64,000 nt of DNA from the human T2T-CHM13v2.0 reference genome, Homo sapiens (GCF_009914755.1 NC_060932.1); one strand, 5' to 3'; positions 14,694 through 35,521 are shown, counted from the first letter of the stretch. Notes: generated from the sequence alone by a model not told the origin. Program-made: numbers and translations.

Positions 14694-15040
14694 TGATATG
14701 GTTTTTGCTGTGTCCCCACCCAAATCTCATCTTGAATTGTAGCTCCCATAATTCTCACATGTCACGGGAGATACCCAGTGGGAGGTAATTGAATCATAGG
14801 GGTGGATCTTTCCTACGCTGTTCTTGTGATAGTGAATAAGTCTAATGATACCTGATGGTTTTATAAAGGGGAGTTCCCTCCCCTACACATGCTCTCTTCC
14901 CTGCCGCCATGTAAGACCTGACTTTGTTCCGCCTTTGCCTTCCACCATGATTGTGAGGCCTCCCTAGCCATGTGGAACTGTGAGTGAATGAAACCTCTTT
15001 CTTTATAAATTACCCAGTCTCAGGCATGTCTTTATTGGCA
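14694..15040 (+). mobile_element. THE1 (THE1B-D-like) solo LTR, slightly 3'-shortened
   Basis: tgatatggttt..tgtgtccccacccaaatctcatcttgaattgtagctcccataat...ataaattacccagtctcagg; 5-bp TSD aggcc at 14689-14693 and 15041-15045. Confidence 0.9.
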
Positions 15041-18000
15041 AGGCCTGATTAATTTAAAATTTCAATAGCAAGCAGCATTGTTAGAGATACATTGTGTGTC
15101 TCGATAGGAGGCAAAGAAGTTAGGGAGTATTATAGTCGAAACTAGGGCAGGGAGGTAAAAATGAAGAGTAGTGAGTAGAAAGGGTATATAAGGCAATGCA
15201 AATGTAGAATTGCAGAAATGGGGGACCAACTGAACACAAGAGTGAGGGAGGAGGGGAAGTCAAGAAATAATTACAGCTTTTCTTTCATTGTAACTAAATA
15301 GATGGTGGGACAATTAAAAGAACATAGTAAAGAGGCGGTTTGGGGGATAACGATAATCAGTTAAGTTTTGAACCCTTCGGGTTACATTTTCAAGTAAGAT
15401 AGATCCAATCTATAAGTCATTGAAAGCCAGGTCCAAAAGTTCAGCTTTGATAAAGTAATTAGACAAGAGCTATTGAAGACTAGAATCATAGGATAATAAA
15501 AATGGTGCTACAGTATAATTTATTGCATAACAATATATATCATTTAGGAACAACTAGATTAAGAAAAAATCGATCGTTGAGAAGATAGTGATGTTGGCAT
15601 ATGGATAACAATGGAAAAATTTAGGAAGCAACCAGAGAGGGGAGATTAGAAATCATGTCATGTAAAGAACACAGGTCCCCTAAACTCAGGTGACAACTTT
15701 GTCTCAATAAGCGGAAGGTTCCTTCTTGAGATAAACTAAATCGCATAGATAAAAAGCATGACGAGTGGACCAAATGGAAGTACCTTCATGAAAATTATAA
15801 AAAGACACCTTCTTCTATGGGTGGATACAGTCCCAGTGTTGGGGTCCAACACTTGGCACATAGAGTGCAGCCTGAATTTCAGCTCCAATGCCGCTCCTTG
15901 ACCCAGCTTCCATTGCAGCATGGGTGTATGGTTGGTGCTAGAGGTGACTGACTGGACATGAGTAAAGGAAGACAATCCTGCTGTGTTTTACTTCAAATAT
16001 ATAAAAAACTCTCTTGAGGAAGGAATATTCTACTTTTTCTAATGGCTTTACAGGACAGAATTATAACCAGTAGACAACTATTTTGAAATGACAGGTAAAC
16101 ACTTTAAGTAAATAAAACATCTCAAAAGCATGACTGATTTTTTCTTGGGAGACTGTGAATTCAGTTACTGAAAGTAATAAAATGGAGTCTGAATACCCAA
16201 TTAATAAAGGTTTTATAGAGGTATTCTTTAAAAAAGTACTTTCAAGCCTGTGATTTTATGATTACTTACCAAATAAGCACTGTGGCCAGTAAATCTATGA
16301 TCACAGATAAGAGCTGACTATGGAACGGAAGAAGAAGAACTTCATTTGGTTTTTGTAAAAGGAATAATCCTTGAACTACAAAGATTCAGGAAAAGAGTAG
16401 AAGAACCTCAGGAAACACTTAATTTTTTATATTTGCATATCAGTATAATGTTTACTACAGTTGACTGTGATTTTACATAGGTATCAGATAGCTTTAGCCT
16501 AAAAATCCTACTTGATAGATTATTTTAGTATGAAGAGTTGTGGATGAAATCCTGATTAGTCTTTGGCTAGATTATATGCCTGCATTCCCATATTTTCTAA
16601 CGTAGATAATGAAATCGCTAGTGTTGTTTTGTGCTTCGAACTCAATTGCTTTGATTGGATGTACTTTAGAGCTAGGACATCATTTCTATTTCAAAACGGA
16701 GGTCTTCAGTCAGGACCTGACTTTGTTAATAAGTGTACAAGTATAAAGTATCTATATTTCACTGAAACAAGAAAGTAAGAATAATAAACATCAAATACCT
16801 TGTTTTCACTGAATGTTAACTTGGCCAACTAATTTAAAGAAAATAAACTTTTTTCTGTAAACAATGTAAGTTAATAGAACAGTTTTTTTCCCCCAAATAC
16901 TTCAGCAATAGAGAATGCTGAAAGAAAACAGAAAAATGGAAAGAGCCCACTAAGAAGGACAAAGAGGAACCTGAGCTAGCAGGTTAGTTACATAGCTAAT
17001 GTTATTGCTTCTGTCTTTTCAAAAGATAAATAGAAGGTCAGGAAGATAAAGATCCTGTTTCCTGGTTCAAGAGGTTGCTGAGCATCTTGGAACATACTCT
17101 ACCTTCCAAACCATAGCCCTCACTGAAGATTAGAAACAGTTTCTGACAGATCAGAATATCTAAGAGTTGGTGTTTTTAGCCAAGTAGAACATTGAGTCTA
17201 GCAAATATGTATACAAATACCTATTTCTGGTGATAGCAGTTTAATCAGAATTGTAAGAAATAGAGGAAAATAAACACTGGAAAAATCGGTGGTACAATGA
17301 ACTCAGTGAAACTCAAACACCTTACTATTTGAAAAGAAGGACTCACGTTTAATTTGTAGGAAGTCCATTCATCAATATTCATTTATAGAATGTTACCATG
17401 TGACAGGCACTTAAGATAAAAACCGTAGCAGCAACAGCAATAACAACAAACACAATACCCTTTTCTTCATTGTTTTTTTTTTTATTTCCTTGTTGGCTTT
17501 ATCTAACAAGCTAACTAAAAAAAACGACATTTCAATTCAAGTAACATTTTTTAAATGACTAGAAATGTACATCTTTATGGTACACCAACCGTACTTGAAT
17601 TTAGGATATTATTATTGTTACTCAGTTGAAAGTATTGTATGTCAACATGCAGAAGTTATCTTCCTTAATTTTCAGTCTCAGTCAAAACACCTCAAGTGAC
17701 TCAACTTAAGCTTTCCTAGGATTTATTCCATAAATACCTTTAACATATACATATGTAAACCCTAGGAGTGCATATCACTTTTTAATATACATATATGCTT
17801 AATTCATTGTCCCCATTTCTGAATGCTTTACTATGATAGATTCTGAGAAGTAGAAATCTTGGGTCAAAAGCTGTGAGTTGTTTAAGGCTCTTCATTCATA
17901 ATGGAAAACTGCTTTCCCCAAGTATATCATTACTGGGCTTTCAACAACAATAAATATTCATATTCATATAGTACATTTTTATTCTAATTTGTTCTAATCA

Positions 18001-18230
18001 CCATTTCTCTTTCATTGCTGGCCAAGTAGAACATATTTTTATAAGTCCATTAGCCATTTTCATTTCTTTTTTTCTGAGGATTGTTTTTTCTTGTATTTGG
18101 GCTCATTATTTTTTAGTAGATAGGTGGGAATTAAGTACATTAACTCTTTACCTTTTATATAATTTGAAAATATTTTTCTCATTTTGTTGCTTGCTTTTAC
18201 ATTTTTATGTTTTTTTTTAATTTTTGTTTT

Positions 18231-18493
18231 TGAATTTTTGTTTCTGTTTTGTTTTGTTTTTGAGGCAGGGTCTTGCTCAAATTCTCAGGTTCAAGCAATC
18301 TTCCTGCCTCAGCCTCCCAAGTAGCTTGGACTATAAGCATTCACCACCATACCCAGCTAATTATTTTTATTTTTTTGTAGAGACATGGTCTGACTATGTT
18401 ATCCAGGCAGGCCTGGAACTCCTGGCCTCAAGCATTCCTATCACCTTGGTCTCCCCAAATGCTGTGATTATAGTCCTGAGCCACCAGCCTGAT
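18231..18493 (-). mobile_element. Diverged AluJ with internal deletion, inside old L1M fragments
   Basis: Antisense Alu motifs (cctgcctcagcctcccaagtagc, ggaactcctggcctcaagc). Confidence 0.8.
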
Positions 18494-20193
18494 CCTTTTT
18501 CCTTTTATAAAATAATTATATATCTATTGTAGAAGATTTGGAGAATACATACAATCACATAGAACGGAATAAAAATTACCTATATCTCCCATAGATGGCT
18601 ATTGCCAACATTTTTACTACAAATTTATCTAGTCTTTTGTAATAGACTTATATAACTATAAAAATATACATATTCTGTATTTAGGAAAACAGGATGATAT
18701 TGTACATTCTGTTTATAACCAACTTTTACTTTTTACTAAATAATAGATAAGAAAAACTACATGTTTTTACAGCATGGTTTATTTAGTGTATCTCCTTTGA
18801 GAGATTTTTGGTTGTTGGCAATTTTCACCAGAGATGCACATCCTGGTAAATAAATCCCTCTATTAGTAGTATTAAATTATAGAACTATAATTTCTTGTGA
18901 AAAAGGAGGCATTTTCTAAAGCTGCTGATGCATATAACCAATCTGCTCTCCAAAAAAATTTACACTGATACAGTAGTTTAAGAAAATGCTAGCTTCTCTA
19001 TACTCTCAACAATACTTGGTATTTTTATTAAAAAATCACCACCAGAAAGTAGCTTTGCCAATATGTAAGTTAAAATTAGCATCTCCAGTGTTTTCCCTTT
19101 CCCTTGATATTCATTCTTCTAGTCATTCAACAAGTAATTATTGAGTATGACCATGGATGAGGCACAATGTTGAGTCCTGAGAAAACAATAATAACTCTTC
19201 CCTTTCTGAATCACTATTCTCCCTTTCTTGAGTCAAAGAAAGTCTGGACAAGGGCTTTTCCTCTCAAGTATCCAAGTATCTCAAGAATATACTATATCTC
19301 TCCTATTTCTCAATTATATCTACTCAGGACATTCTAGTTGGTTTCTATTCTCATATCGCCCCTACTTTAAGTGGTAGTTCCATATGCATGACCTTTTTTT
19401 AAATTTTTTTGACACAATTCTGATTTTTGTTGAAAGCAGTGTATTGCAGAGGGTATGGACAAGCCAGTTAAACAATGAGCCTCTGGTAGCAATTGTGAGA
19501 TAAAATTGAAGGGCGATTGGGTGTTGTAGAAAGAGGGTAGATTTTGCATCAGAAAGACCTTAGTTCTCACCCTTGCTGTATAACCTTGGGAAAATTACTT
19601 AGTTGCCTCTTTTGTAAAGAGTGGCTTATAACACATCTCAGAATAAAAAGTTCTAAAAGGGTACCAGCCACCTGGTAGAATGATGAATTTTTGGTTCATT
19701 TCGGCCAAAATTTGTTTGCTACTTGGTCTGTCCTCTTTCAACAGCCTTTTCTCTAGTTTTGTTTCCCTTTTTCTTCCAAGGCATCCTTAGCCTTTCCTAG
19801 TGGCCCTGGAAAAATCTCAATTTGGGATTACCAGCCTGGGCTTTCTTTCCTAAAGGATGTCTTATGTTATGACTCCATCTTCACCTTGTTCTTGCATAAA
19901 ATTCTTTTCTCACGGGACCCTGTTTTCCATAGTGATTAACTAGTTTTCAGGGAAACTGTGAGTTTCTTAAGGGCAGAAAACATGTCCTGTATTTACTGTC
20001 TTTGCATCCTTGATGCTTACCTAGCAGTGTCTGGCAGACTGTGAGTCCTTGATGATTATCTGTTGAATGAATGACTACTCATCTAAACTTGGATGTTAGG
20101 GGCTCAGGTGTTAAATCTCAAGAACTTATATACTCTTAAGATATTCTTAAATGTTATTGTTTTCAGACATGAGGAAATCTGTCGGTTCTGTGT

Positions 20194-20276
20194 ATACACA
20201 CACATACACACACATATCCATACAAACATATATATATGTATGTGTGTGGATGACATGTGTGTGTACATGTATGTAT
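20194..20276 (-). ncRNA. MIR3149: microRNA 3149 hairpin (83 nt; mature sequence at 20226-20204), built from CA/TA/TG microsatellite
   Basis: Reverse complement reads AUACAUACAUGUACACACACAUGUCAUCCACACACAUACAUAUAUAUAUGUUUGUAUGGAUAUGUGUGUGUAUGUGUGUGUAU, matching the recalled hsa-mir-3149 stem-loop and mature UUUGUAUGGAUAUGUGUGUGUAU. Confidence 0.85.
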
Positions 20277-20624
20277 ATCCCATTTTGATGTCCTTTTTAA
20301 ATTTCTTTACCTGAAGATATCCTACATACCTCAAGACTAAACCGAAATATCTTTGTCCCTGGAAGGCCTCTACAGGTCTCTGATGAAATAAATCACTCAT
20401 TTCTCAATGCTCTCCAAGCACTTTGTCTATTTACTCCCATTGCCTTCTCCTTTGGTAGACTCTAATCTTTGGATTCTTAATGCCCAACATACTGAAAAAA
20501 AAATATTGAAAAAAGTGTTCACTAATCATTTGGCTGAATGAGGAGGGAGGCTAGGCTTAATCATTCATGTGGTCTTAAGTTTTAGCTTGTATAAAGGAGA
20601 AGCCAGTTTACAATGAACTTAGAG

Positions 20625-20760
20625 GGCCAGATGCAGTGGCTCACACTTATAGTCCCAGCACTTTGGGAGGCCGAGGCGGATTGCTTAAGGCCAGGAGTTC
20701 AAGACTAGCCTGTGTAACATGGCAAGACCCCCGCCTCTAAAAAAAATAATAAAAATAAAA
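20625..20760 (+). mobile_element. FLAM / Alu left monomer
   Basis: ggccagatgcagtggctcacac...ggagttcaagactagcctg + A-rich tail. Confidence 0.85.
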
Positions 20761-23125
20761 TGAACATGAATTTAGAGGATAGTAAGTAAAAAGAGGTAAT
20801 GTGTAAAAAATAATTAGTGGTTAGGGAGATGAGGAAATAGAATAGATTTTGATTGGTGGTTCTATAGTTTACGGATGTATGTATCCGAGCCACCTTTCTC
20901 CCACTCCAGCTGCCTCTAATCTCTGACTGGTGCTGGCAGGAAATCCACAACAGAAGGCAGCACATTGCATGGAATTTACGTTATAGATAATGCTCTGCCC
21001 TTATAGACATACTACTTTCAATTGATGATTAAATGCCAGGAACCATGGCAGAGCTAAGGGCAGATATTTATACCTCTAAAACACAAGCGGAGACCTCTGC
21101 ATAGGAGTGGCCCTGCAGAGACCAAGTCCATGGGCATTACTTACTTAACTCATTAAAGGAAATACGTGGGTAACCAGAGCTGCAATGGAAGGCAGAGGAG
21201 TAAATAAGGACCAGCTTCAGAACCAAACTGGTTATCCTGAAAGTCTATCACTTCACCCTTGCAATAGCTCATAACTCTGTATTGTAAGTAAATTCAATTA
21301 TCATGCTTTTGATTCAACCTTTCAATCCAAGGACGATGTTCTTAAAAAAATTGGACTTTAATTTCATAAGCCTTCTAGGAGATGTTTAATCTTCTGAGAG
21401 AAGTCTTTTGTACTTCTGAGAAATTTTCATTTATCATATATGTCCTTAGACCATCACTGAGTCTGCAGGCTTTCCCCCACTCTTATCTCCATATTTTATA
21501 CTGAATACCCATCTTCCACTTCTCAACCTTGAAACATTAGACAAAACCAAACTCAAGTTATCAGTGGAAGAAATCTACCTGAGGAAAATTCTCGGGAGCT
21601 CCATTAATTGACAGATGGACACTTCCTGAATTTCCCCCAGCCCTCTGCCTGACTTCCTTACTCTGGGGTAAAAAAAGAGTGAATTTAAGCACGATTGAAG
21701 AAAAAGGATTTAGGTTTGGGAAAACTTTTGTTTCTCTTAATATTTCTGCTTTGATTCCAGGGAAAAGAATGAATGTCATTGTTTCAAATACGAAGAAATC
21801 TGTTGGTTTTGAATTTGCTACCAGTTATCCACCCATGTGTGGAATCAACATATATAGGAAAGAAAAGGAGTCTGATTTCTTAATTTTAAAAAAATAAAAC
21901 CAATGAGACAGCAAGTGATATTCAATCCTATTAAAGAGACTAAGCACAGACCTTTTAAAAAGTCCTTATGTTCCTGGCATTGGGATTGTGTGATATGGCT
22001 CCACAATTCAGGAGGACTGGAAATTACAGAACATCTGCAATGAAATTGGTTTTCTGTGGAAAACTGATGAATCACTTACTGCCAATGACTAGAAGGAAAA
22101 GCACTTGCTTATGCCCTTATGTAATGAATTTTTATGAGGTGAAGTTTGCTGTTTATAAAAAATACACTTTACGCTGCTGTAGATGTAAAATAATAGAATT
22201 CAGAATTCAGAGCAATGCATTATTGCAAAGACAGTCACCAGCAGAATATTATCTGCTTACAAAACACCAAAACAGGGCTATTACTTTTATAATGGAATTA
22301 AAAAAAAAACAAACTTCATCTACCCAGTTGGATTCTAGAAGAAAAAAGTATTTAAAGAGACATAGCTAAAATTGACAGCTCTGAAATTGCATGTATTTTC
22401 AAAGCAAAGTTATTAATTCTCTTATTGTGCTCTTGAATTCCAACTGTTTTTCTCAAAGCAAGAATGCCACAGGATATTTTAAATTAATAATGGCAATCCT
22501 AAGATACACTACAAACCTGAGGTGTGGCCTTTCCACAACATCATATACATGCATATAGAATTCTCCCTACGCTAATACCATCAGCTGCTCTGCTCAATCT
22601 TTGTGAACGGCTTGATGATCAAACTCCAAACTCTCTTGGTTTCTACAGACATTTACAGAGCATCTGTATTGTGTCAGTCAGTTTTTGGCTGTAGTGCCAC
22701 AAAAATGAGAAAGATACAGTTTCTGTCCTTACTGAGCTGAAAGGCTATTTTGCTGTTTGAGAGAATCATCAAGTTGAACTGAGAAATATTCCACTAGGTC
22801 TGAGAAGGAAAACTAAGAAATAATGCTCACGATATTGGATGAGGATCCTTGCTCTTAAAATTTTTTTTTTTGACCTCTATATTTAGTCTAGAACTAAGTA
22901 TTTTTAAAGCAAGTAATTATAATTTCAATTAGTGAAAAAAATTGTAGTATTTTATTATTTTTGGTGACTAGAAAGGCACTCTTACAAATTGGCGTGGATT
23001 TAAAATAGAGGCTGTCAGGAGAGGATGATATTTTCTGAGTGTATGGTGAGATATATTTACCAAGGAACCATTCTGAAAACCTCAAGAACAGTAAAGACTT
23101 CAGCTCCAATAATTCAGAATTGTGA

Positions 23126-23428
<303 letters not shown>

Positions 23429-24842
23429 AACTGTGACTATTTAGATTAGGTCTCAGTTGAGATTCAAGTTTGCATTGTCTCTTATTGGCAGCCAAACCAT
23501 AACAATACTCAGAAACGTTGACATTTTGTGTTGATATCTGGAAGAAATACAAAATCCTAGGTCAGACCCTGTATCTTAGATTCTTAGTTGTGGAAATATA
23601 GTGACTTTACAAGCTTAGGCAGTTGACAATATTAAATATTCACGTCAATTTTTCAGATCTGGTGTATTAGCTCTAGACTTTCCTACATACTTCTAAGTGA
23701 TTAAAATGCATATATAGTATGGAGTTAGATATTTAATATGTAATTTAAGACATATGAAATAATTCAGACTTTCTACAGTTGTGATTGGCTATAAAGGCAG
23801 GTTTTATTTAATGCAAAAATAGGTACTATAGTAATTTAGAATCTTTTACCTCCTAAATTATCTCACATCAAAAAACTTGTTTACAAGTTGTGAAGATGTT
23901 TTATCTTTGGATTAACTGAAACAAAACTGGTCATGAAATTTTAAAGAAATAACCTGTTTGGGTCTTATTAAAAATAATTATATGCTCATTGTAGAAAATT
24001 TGGGAAATACAGAAAAACATAAAAAAGAAAATCAAAATTTGATTACTGAGAGGTATTTGTTGTTAGTAAAACATATTATGTACCTATTTATCTCATTGGT
24101 GAGGTCATAGTGTACTTAATTTAGTATCCTATTTCTTTAATTTAGTATTACATTATGAGCACTTTCTCATGTAATTAAAAATATTCATAAATATTTCTGC
24201 AAGAAATTATTTCCTGTTGTATTTGTATTACATTATTTTAGTCAACTAAATTGCTACACTATTTTATTTATTTCCCTATTGTTGAGCGTTTATGTTGTTT
24301 CACATCTTTCTTTATTATGAATAGTCTGGCACTAAACATTATCATTTCCTTCAGATAGATCTCTTGAAGTTAATAAATATAAACATATCCACATCCACTC
24401 GATTTTGAAAATCAGTTTTACTTAACTAAGTAGATACACAATTTATTGGTTCTGAGGTTTCAGCGTAGACATAAGTTGAACCTGTTAATGAGAATATATT
24501 ATTCTGCTGCTAATGAGAAGGGAAGTGAACTACCTACAGAATACTACACTTATGGATCTCCTGGCCTCAAAAGTGACTTCTCTCAACTTTATTTGACTTT
24601 TTATAGTTTCCAGAATAACAACTCAATTCAGGATTAGGTAAAAGAAATTATACAAAATGATGCTTACTTTATTTTTTCCCAACATTTTAAAACTATAAGC
24701 TTTTTTTTTTCTTTTTTGGAAAAGAGGGGAAATAAAAGACTACCTGGAAACATGAAGGCATATTCTCATATTCTGTCTTGTTTCATGATTTACATACTCT
24801 TTGAAAGATAAAAGAAATAGACATTAAAAAAAGTTGATTTTG

Positions 24843-30895
<6,053 letters not shown>

Positions 30896-31709
30896 ACAGA
30901 AATTTTTTTTTTTACCAAAGAAAAATATTTGCTAACTTATTTGTGGTGATGAGTATAAATGTACACTACATAGTAGTTCTAGCTGCAGAGGACCATGGAT
31001 CATCAGTTGTATATACAATATGGCCAATTGGTTTGGCTAAAAAGCTTGTTTAGAACTGTTTTCTTGCTGAAAAAGATCTTGTCTTAAACAGTAACAACGC
31101 TTACTGAATGTTTTTTGCTAAAACTGAATGTTTCAAATAAACCAAATTTTTGCCTCTAAGTGCCATCCCATTTTGAAGGCTTCTCGAACAGAGCAATACT
31201 AATTTCTGCCTTCTTAACGAAATCAAACAGAATATAGGGTAGATTTCATTGATGATACAAGGTCATTTTTTAAAACCACAATTACTATTCACAGTTAGTC
31301 CTCAGAGCCTGTGTGTCCCACTCTAAATGATACCAGATTAAACTCTGTTTTTAAGTTTTTCTTCTTTGATACCAAGTTGTTCATTATTGCTTGTTATGGT
31401 AAACCATGCTTGCTTTTACCAGTTTTCCTCTTCTCTTTCGTCTGTTATTTTTAATCTGTTGGTGAAAGTTGATTAGAATTCTATTCAAAATAAAGCAGCC
31501 TCTTACTGGAGACTTGAGAAACTGTCCCATGAGTATAGCTTTGGTGATAGAATCTATTAAAATCTATTTAGGTTTCTTCAGGCTTTATTTCAGATTGCAG
31601 ACCATTTCAGTGATACTGTTAATGGAAATAACAATCATGGCTCATGTTGACTGTTAGCAATAGCCTTTGACCTGGTTTTCTTGCTTTGACTCATACCTCT
31701 GCACAAATT

Positions 31710-32230
31710 ATCCAGAGTGATCCCTTAAAAATGTAAATCTGATCATGTCACATCTCTGCTTAAAATCCTCCTCTGGCCTCCTCAGAGCTGGAATAAATCC
31801 AGGTATTTTCCCCCTGGCTTGCATGACCTCACCTCGCCTACCTCATTTCCCACCTCTTTCTCTGGTTCACTGGGATTTCTTGCTGTTCCTCAAAAAGGTA
31901 AGACTCATCTCAGAGACTGGGCGCAGCCATTTCCTTACCCTAGCACCCCTTTTCTGCTTGGCTTTCTCCGTTTCCTTCATATCTCTTTTTAAGTATCACC
32001 TCAGAGAGGCCTTCCACAAGCACACAATTCAATACAGCAACCCCTATCACTCCCCATTTCAAAGCCTGTTTTATTTTCTTCAGAGTACTACTAACATTTG
32101 AAATTATCTTTATTATTTATCACCCCTCTAAGAATGTAAACTCCATGAGAGCAGGTGTTTTGTGGTATTCATGAATGCATTCCCTGAGTACGGAAAAGGA
32201 ATGTCTGCAGGGGCTCAATAGATAATTTTT
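31710..32230. mobile_element. L2 fragment
   Basis: aaatctgatcatgtcac..ctgcttaaaatcctc, tcacctcagagaggccttcc, agaatgtaaactccatgagagcagg. Confidence 0.65.
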
Positions 32231-32938
32231 GAGAGAATGCTTTATTTAATTCCCATTAGAATTCTAAGAGGTAGACATTATTGAATGTCCATTTCATAGG
32301 TGAACAAATTGAATCTTAAGTTAAATGAACTTGTCCCAAATCCAGTCACTAAATACTGAAAGCAGGGGAGCTGAGAGCAAAGTAGTAGGACATGCCTTGT
32401 GTGAGCTCTGATTGATATCTGAGTAATTTAGATATGATCACTGAAGTCACTTGGGTACTTTAAATACAAAAGTAGCAAACTTGATTTGAGAGCAAGTGCA
32501 AGGGAGAGAAAAGAAAAATGTTAAGTGTAAATGTTTTTATTTTCCTAAGGAAGAACACTTGTAACTGATGGTTACATACTTGAGGCTAACATGGAAACAT
32601 ATCATGTAGCTAAATCCCATCCAGTTTTCCTAAAGCTTGAGCCTGGAGCCTGCTGGGGAGTAGAAACAGTCGCACCAGAGGTATAGCAACTCTTCTGGCA
32701 GTGCCCAGAGAGGCAGAGACTGAATGGAGTTCCTGGGGGCTGTCATAGCAACTTGGCCAAGAAGTCTGGTATTTGTAGTGGGGCAGAGATACTCAAGAGA
32801 CACTTGGGTGTGTCAGTCATAAATCTATTGTTTATAAACGAACACTACCTGGCATTAGTGTGTTGTTTGTCCAGTGTACTATATGCAAGAAAAACAAAAA
32901 AAAAGGAAACCGGAAAGGAAAAAATGGACAGTATTAGA

Positions 32939-33369
32939 TGTGGTACACACCAAGATATGCCACCTGGCTCCTCCTGCAAGGATGTACATGGTGCCCAGCT
33001 GTGGAGTGTGGTCAGTGGACTGCCTCCAGCTGTTGGCTCCCACAGGATCTGCTTCCGCTACAGAGCTGCCATGCTTGAGATCACAACCTTCCCAGAGCTG
33101 CCCACACCCAGTGACTGACAGAAGTGTAGGTAAAAAGGCCTATTTACTTTGGCCTAATTTAGGACATTCTGACAGATGACACTAGCTCAGAGCTCCCCTC
33201 TGGGCTGGCCAACTTTTTTCAGGCCTGCTTTAGAGTACTCTCATTTCTTCTGCCTATTCCTGCTTTGCTCTTTCCCTTCACAGGCATGGATCCCTGAGAG
33301 TTATACATAAAAATCTCTTGTACTTCAAACCCCTTTCAACGCCAGCTTCTGCAGAACCCTATCTGCGAC
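32939..33369 (+). mobile_element. LTR16-like ERVL solo LTR
   Basis: cccagctgtggagtgtggtcag..actgcctccagctg...cacccagtgactgac...gcttctgcagaaccctatctgcgac. Confidence 0.65.
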
Positions 33370-33712
33370 CTTAGGTTTATTCAGCTAATAAAATGTTTCT
33401 ATTGCTACACTAGAACTAAAAGGCTCTGGCTATCTAGTGATGAACAAAATAGTCATGGTCTCTGAACTCATGGGGGTTATCACCTAGTAGGGGTGGCAGA
33501 TGTTAAATAAAAATGAAAAATAATAAAAACCTATTTTTACTAAGTGCCATTAGGGTCTGTGGAAAAAAACCACCCCCTACCCCAATACTGACAAGTCTAT
33601 CAGCTGGCATATATGTAAAGTACTGTTTTCTTAAGATTTTGAGAATATGGATAACTACTTAGAAGTTACTCTATCAAAATAATACAATTGTTGATATAAC
33701 AATTTTGTTGAC

Positions 33713-33718
33713 TTTATT
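33713..33718 (-). terminator. Candidate distal polyadenylation signal (AATAAA) of PEX2
   Basis: TTTATT on the + strand ~3 kb downstream of the stop codon, followed on the minus strand by T-rich sequence. Confidence 0.6.
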
Positions 33719-33854
33719 TAATCCTTTCAAATCTGCAATGTTAAAGAATCATCCAGTTACTTATGAATGTCCTTATCAAGCTAGATCACTGGTAAAATGA
33801 GACTGCAATGTGGACTTTTGAAATGAGTAAGGCAAATGTAGACTCTAACTAGTA

Positions 33855-34500
33855 GAGATCTGCCAGCATCCACCCTTCTAAGAACACCTCAGTTTCCTGT
33901 GGTGAACGGCCTCCTCCAGGACTCCTTTAGGTTCATGTGGTATATGGGAGGAGCATCACCTACATTTAAGTAACCAGGAACAGTATTTTCCATCCCCTAG
34001 CTATAGTGGCTGGTTCAGGAATGTGCACATTATCCAAGGCAGACCAGTAACAGTGAGCTCCTGGACTTTAGCTGTAACTATTAGGCAAGAGTATCTCATG
34101 CCAGTGGGATCAGAAAGCTAGCAGATTATAAGCCTTGAGCTTCTAGCGGCCATCATTCTGTGTGAGAATGAAACCGACTCAGAGTAATACTGACAACAGC
34201 AAAGGAAAGCACTACTATTATATTCTATTTACTATGTGTCAGGCATTGTTTTAAGAGCTTTATATACACTAAACATGTAATCCTTACAATGAACAGATGT
34301 GCAGAGATGTGGCACACTGCCCTAGGTTATACACAAGTGGGATTTGAATTCTAGCGGAATCTGTGTCCCTCATGCCATGTACACTCATCAAAAAAATGAG
34401 AGCCAAAGGATAAAGCCTGTCTCAAAGAGAACCATCTGAGCACCTACATCCAGACTGGGCCTGCAGTGTGCAGCTGGACTCTTCACTTAATGAACTCAGA
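33855..34500. mobile_element. Old MLT1-type LTR interrupted by a MIR (~34210-34380), in the distal PEX2 3'UTR
   Basis: gtggctggttcaggaatgtgcacat, gagcttctagcggccatc; MIR-like tactatgtgtcaggcattgttttaagagctttata. Confidence 0.5.
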
Positions 34501-34620
34501 TTCAACATTGCATTATTCACAACAGAAAGTGAAAAGAACCTAAATGCTCTATGATGGTGGTTAAATAATAATAGGAATAGGAATATGATGGCATATACAT
34601 AGCATTTTAAAAATATATTA

Positions 34621-34925
<305 letters not shown>

Positions 34926-34940
34926 AGACGTTTGTATATA

Positions 34941-35033
34941 TTTTTATTTTTTTAGAAACGAACTCAAACTCCTGGGCTCAGCCTCCCTAAGTAGGGAGCC
35001 TGGGATTACAGGCATGAGCCATTGTGCTCAGCC
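34941..35033 (-). mobile_element. Alu left-monomer fragment, inverted relative to the adjacent AluJ
   Basis: ctcctgggctca...tgggattacaggcatgagccattgtgctcagcc. Confidence 0.8.
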
Positions 35034-35515
35034 CTAAAATAGTTTTGAAGAATATTTATACATAGGAAAAAATGCTATTTTTTATGCATTATAATAATTT
35101 TGTAAATAAGAAATGTACGTGCAACAAATCTACAAATATAGTAAAATATAGTGATGATCTCTCTCAAAAAATTGTGGGAAAGTTGATTTTATATTTTTTC
35201 CTGAATTGTTGGTGTTTTCTACAATAATGTTTTAAAATTACAGAAGGCAAAAGAAGGCAAATTCTTAAGATGTAAAATACTCTTAACTCAAACTACAAAA
35301 CTTCTTCAGTATCTTACACTAAATTGAACCTAAATTAAACTTACAGTTCATTCAATCACAGAATGTAAACTCCATGAAGGTAACTTGATTTTTCCTGCTT
35401 AATATACTGTTGTGCCTCTAATGGCTACATCAGTACCTGGCACCTGAGTACTTGTTCAATGAAAGGTGAAGAGAAAAATGAACTGGCAGTGTATTTCCAC
35501 CATACTAGCAAGATG

Positions 35516-35521
35516 TTTATT
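35516..35521 (-). terminator. Candidate proximal polyadenylation signal (AATAAA) in the PEX2 3'UTR
   Basis: TTTATT on the + strand; hexamer only, usage unknown. Confidence 0.3.

Noticed and set aside
21968-22369. 133-aa ORF in apparently unique AT-rich sequence
   Set aside because: No recognisable domain, promoter or splice context. The region might be conserved non-coding DNA, but I cannot assess that from sequence alone.
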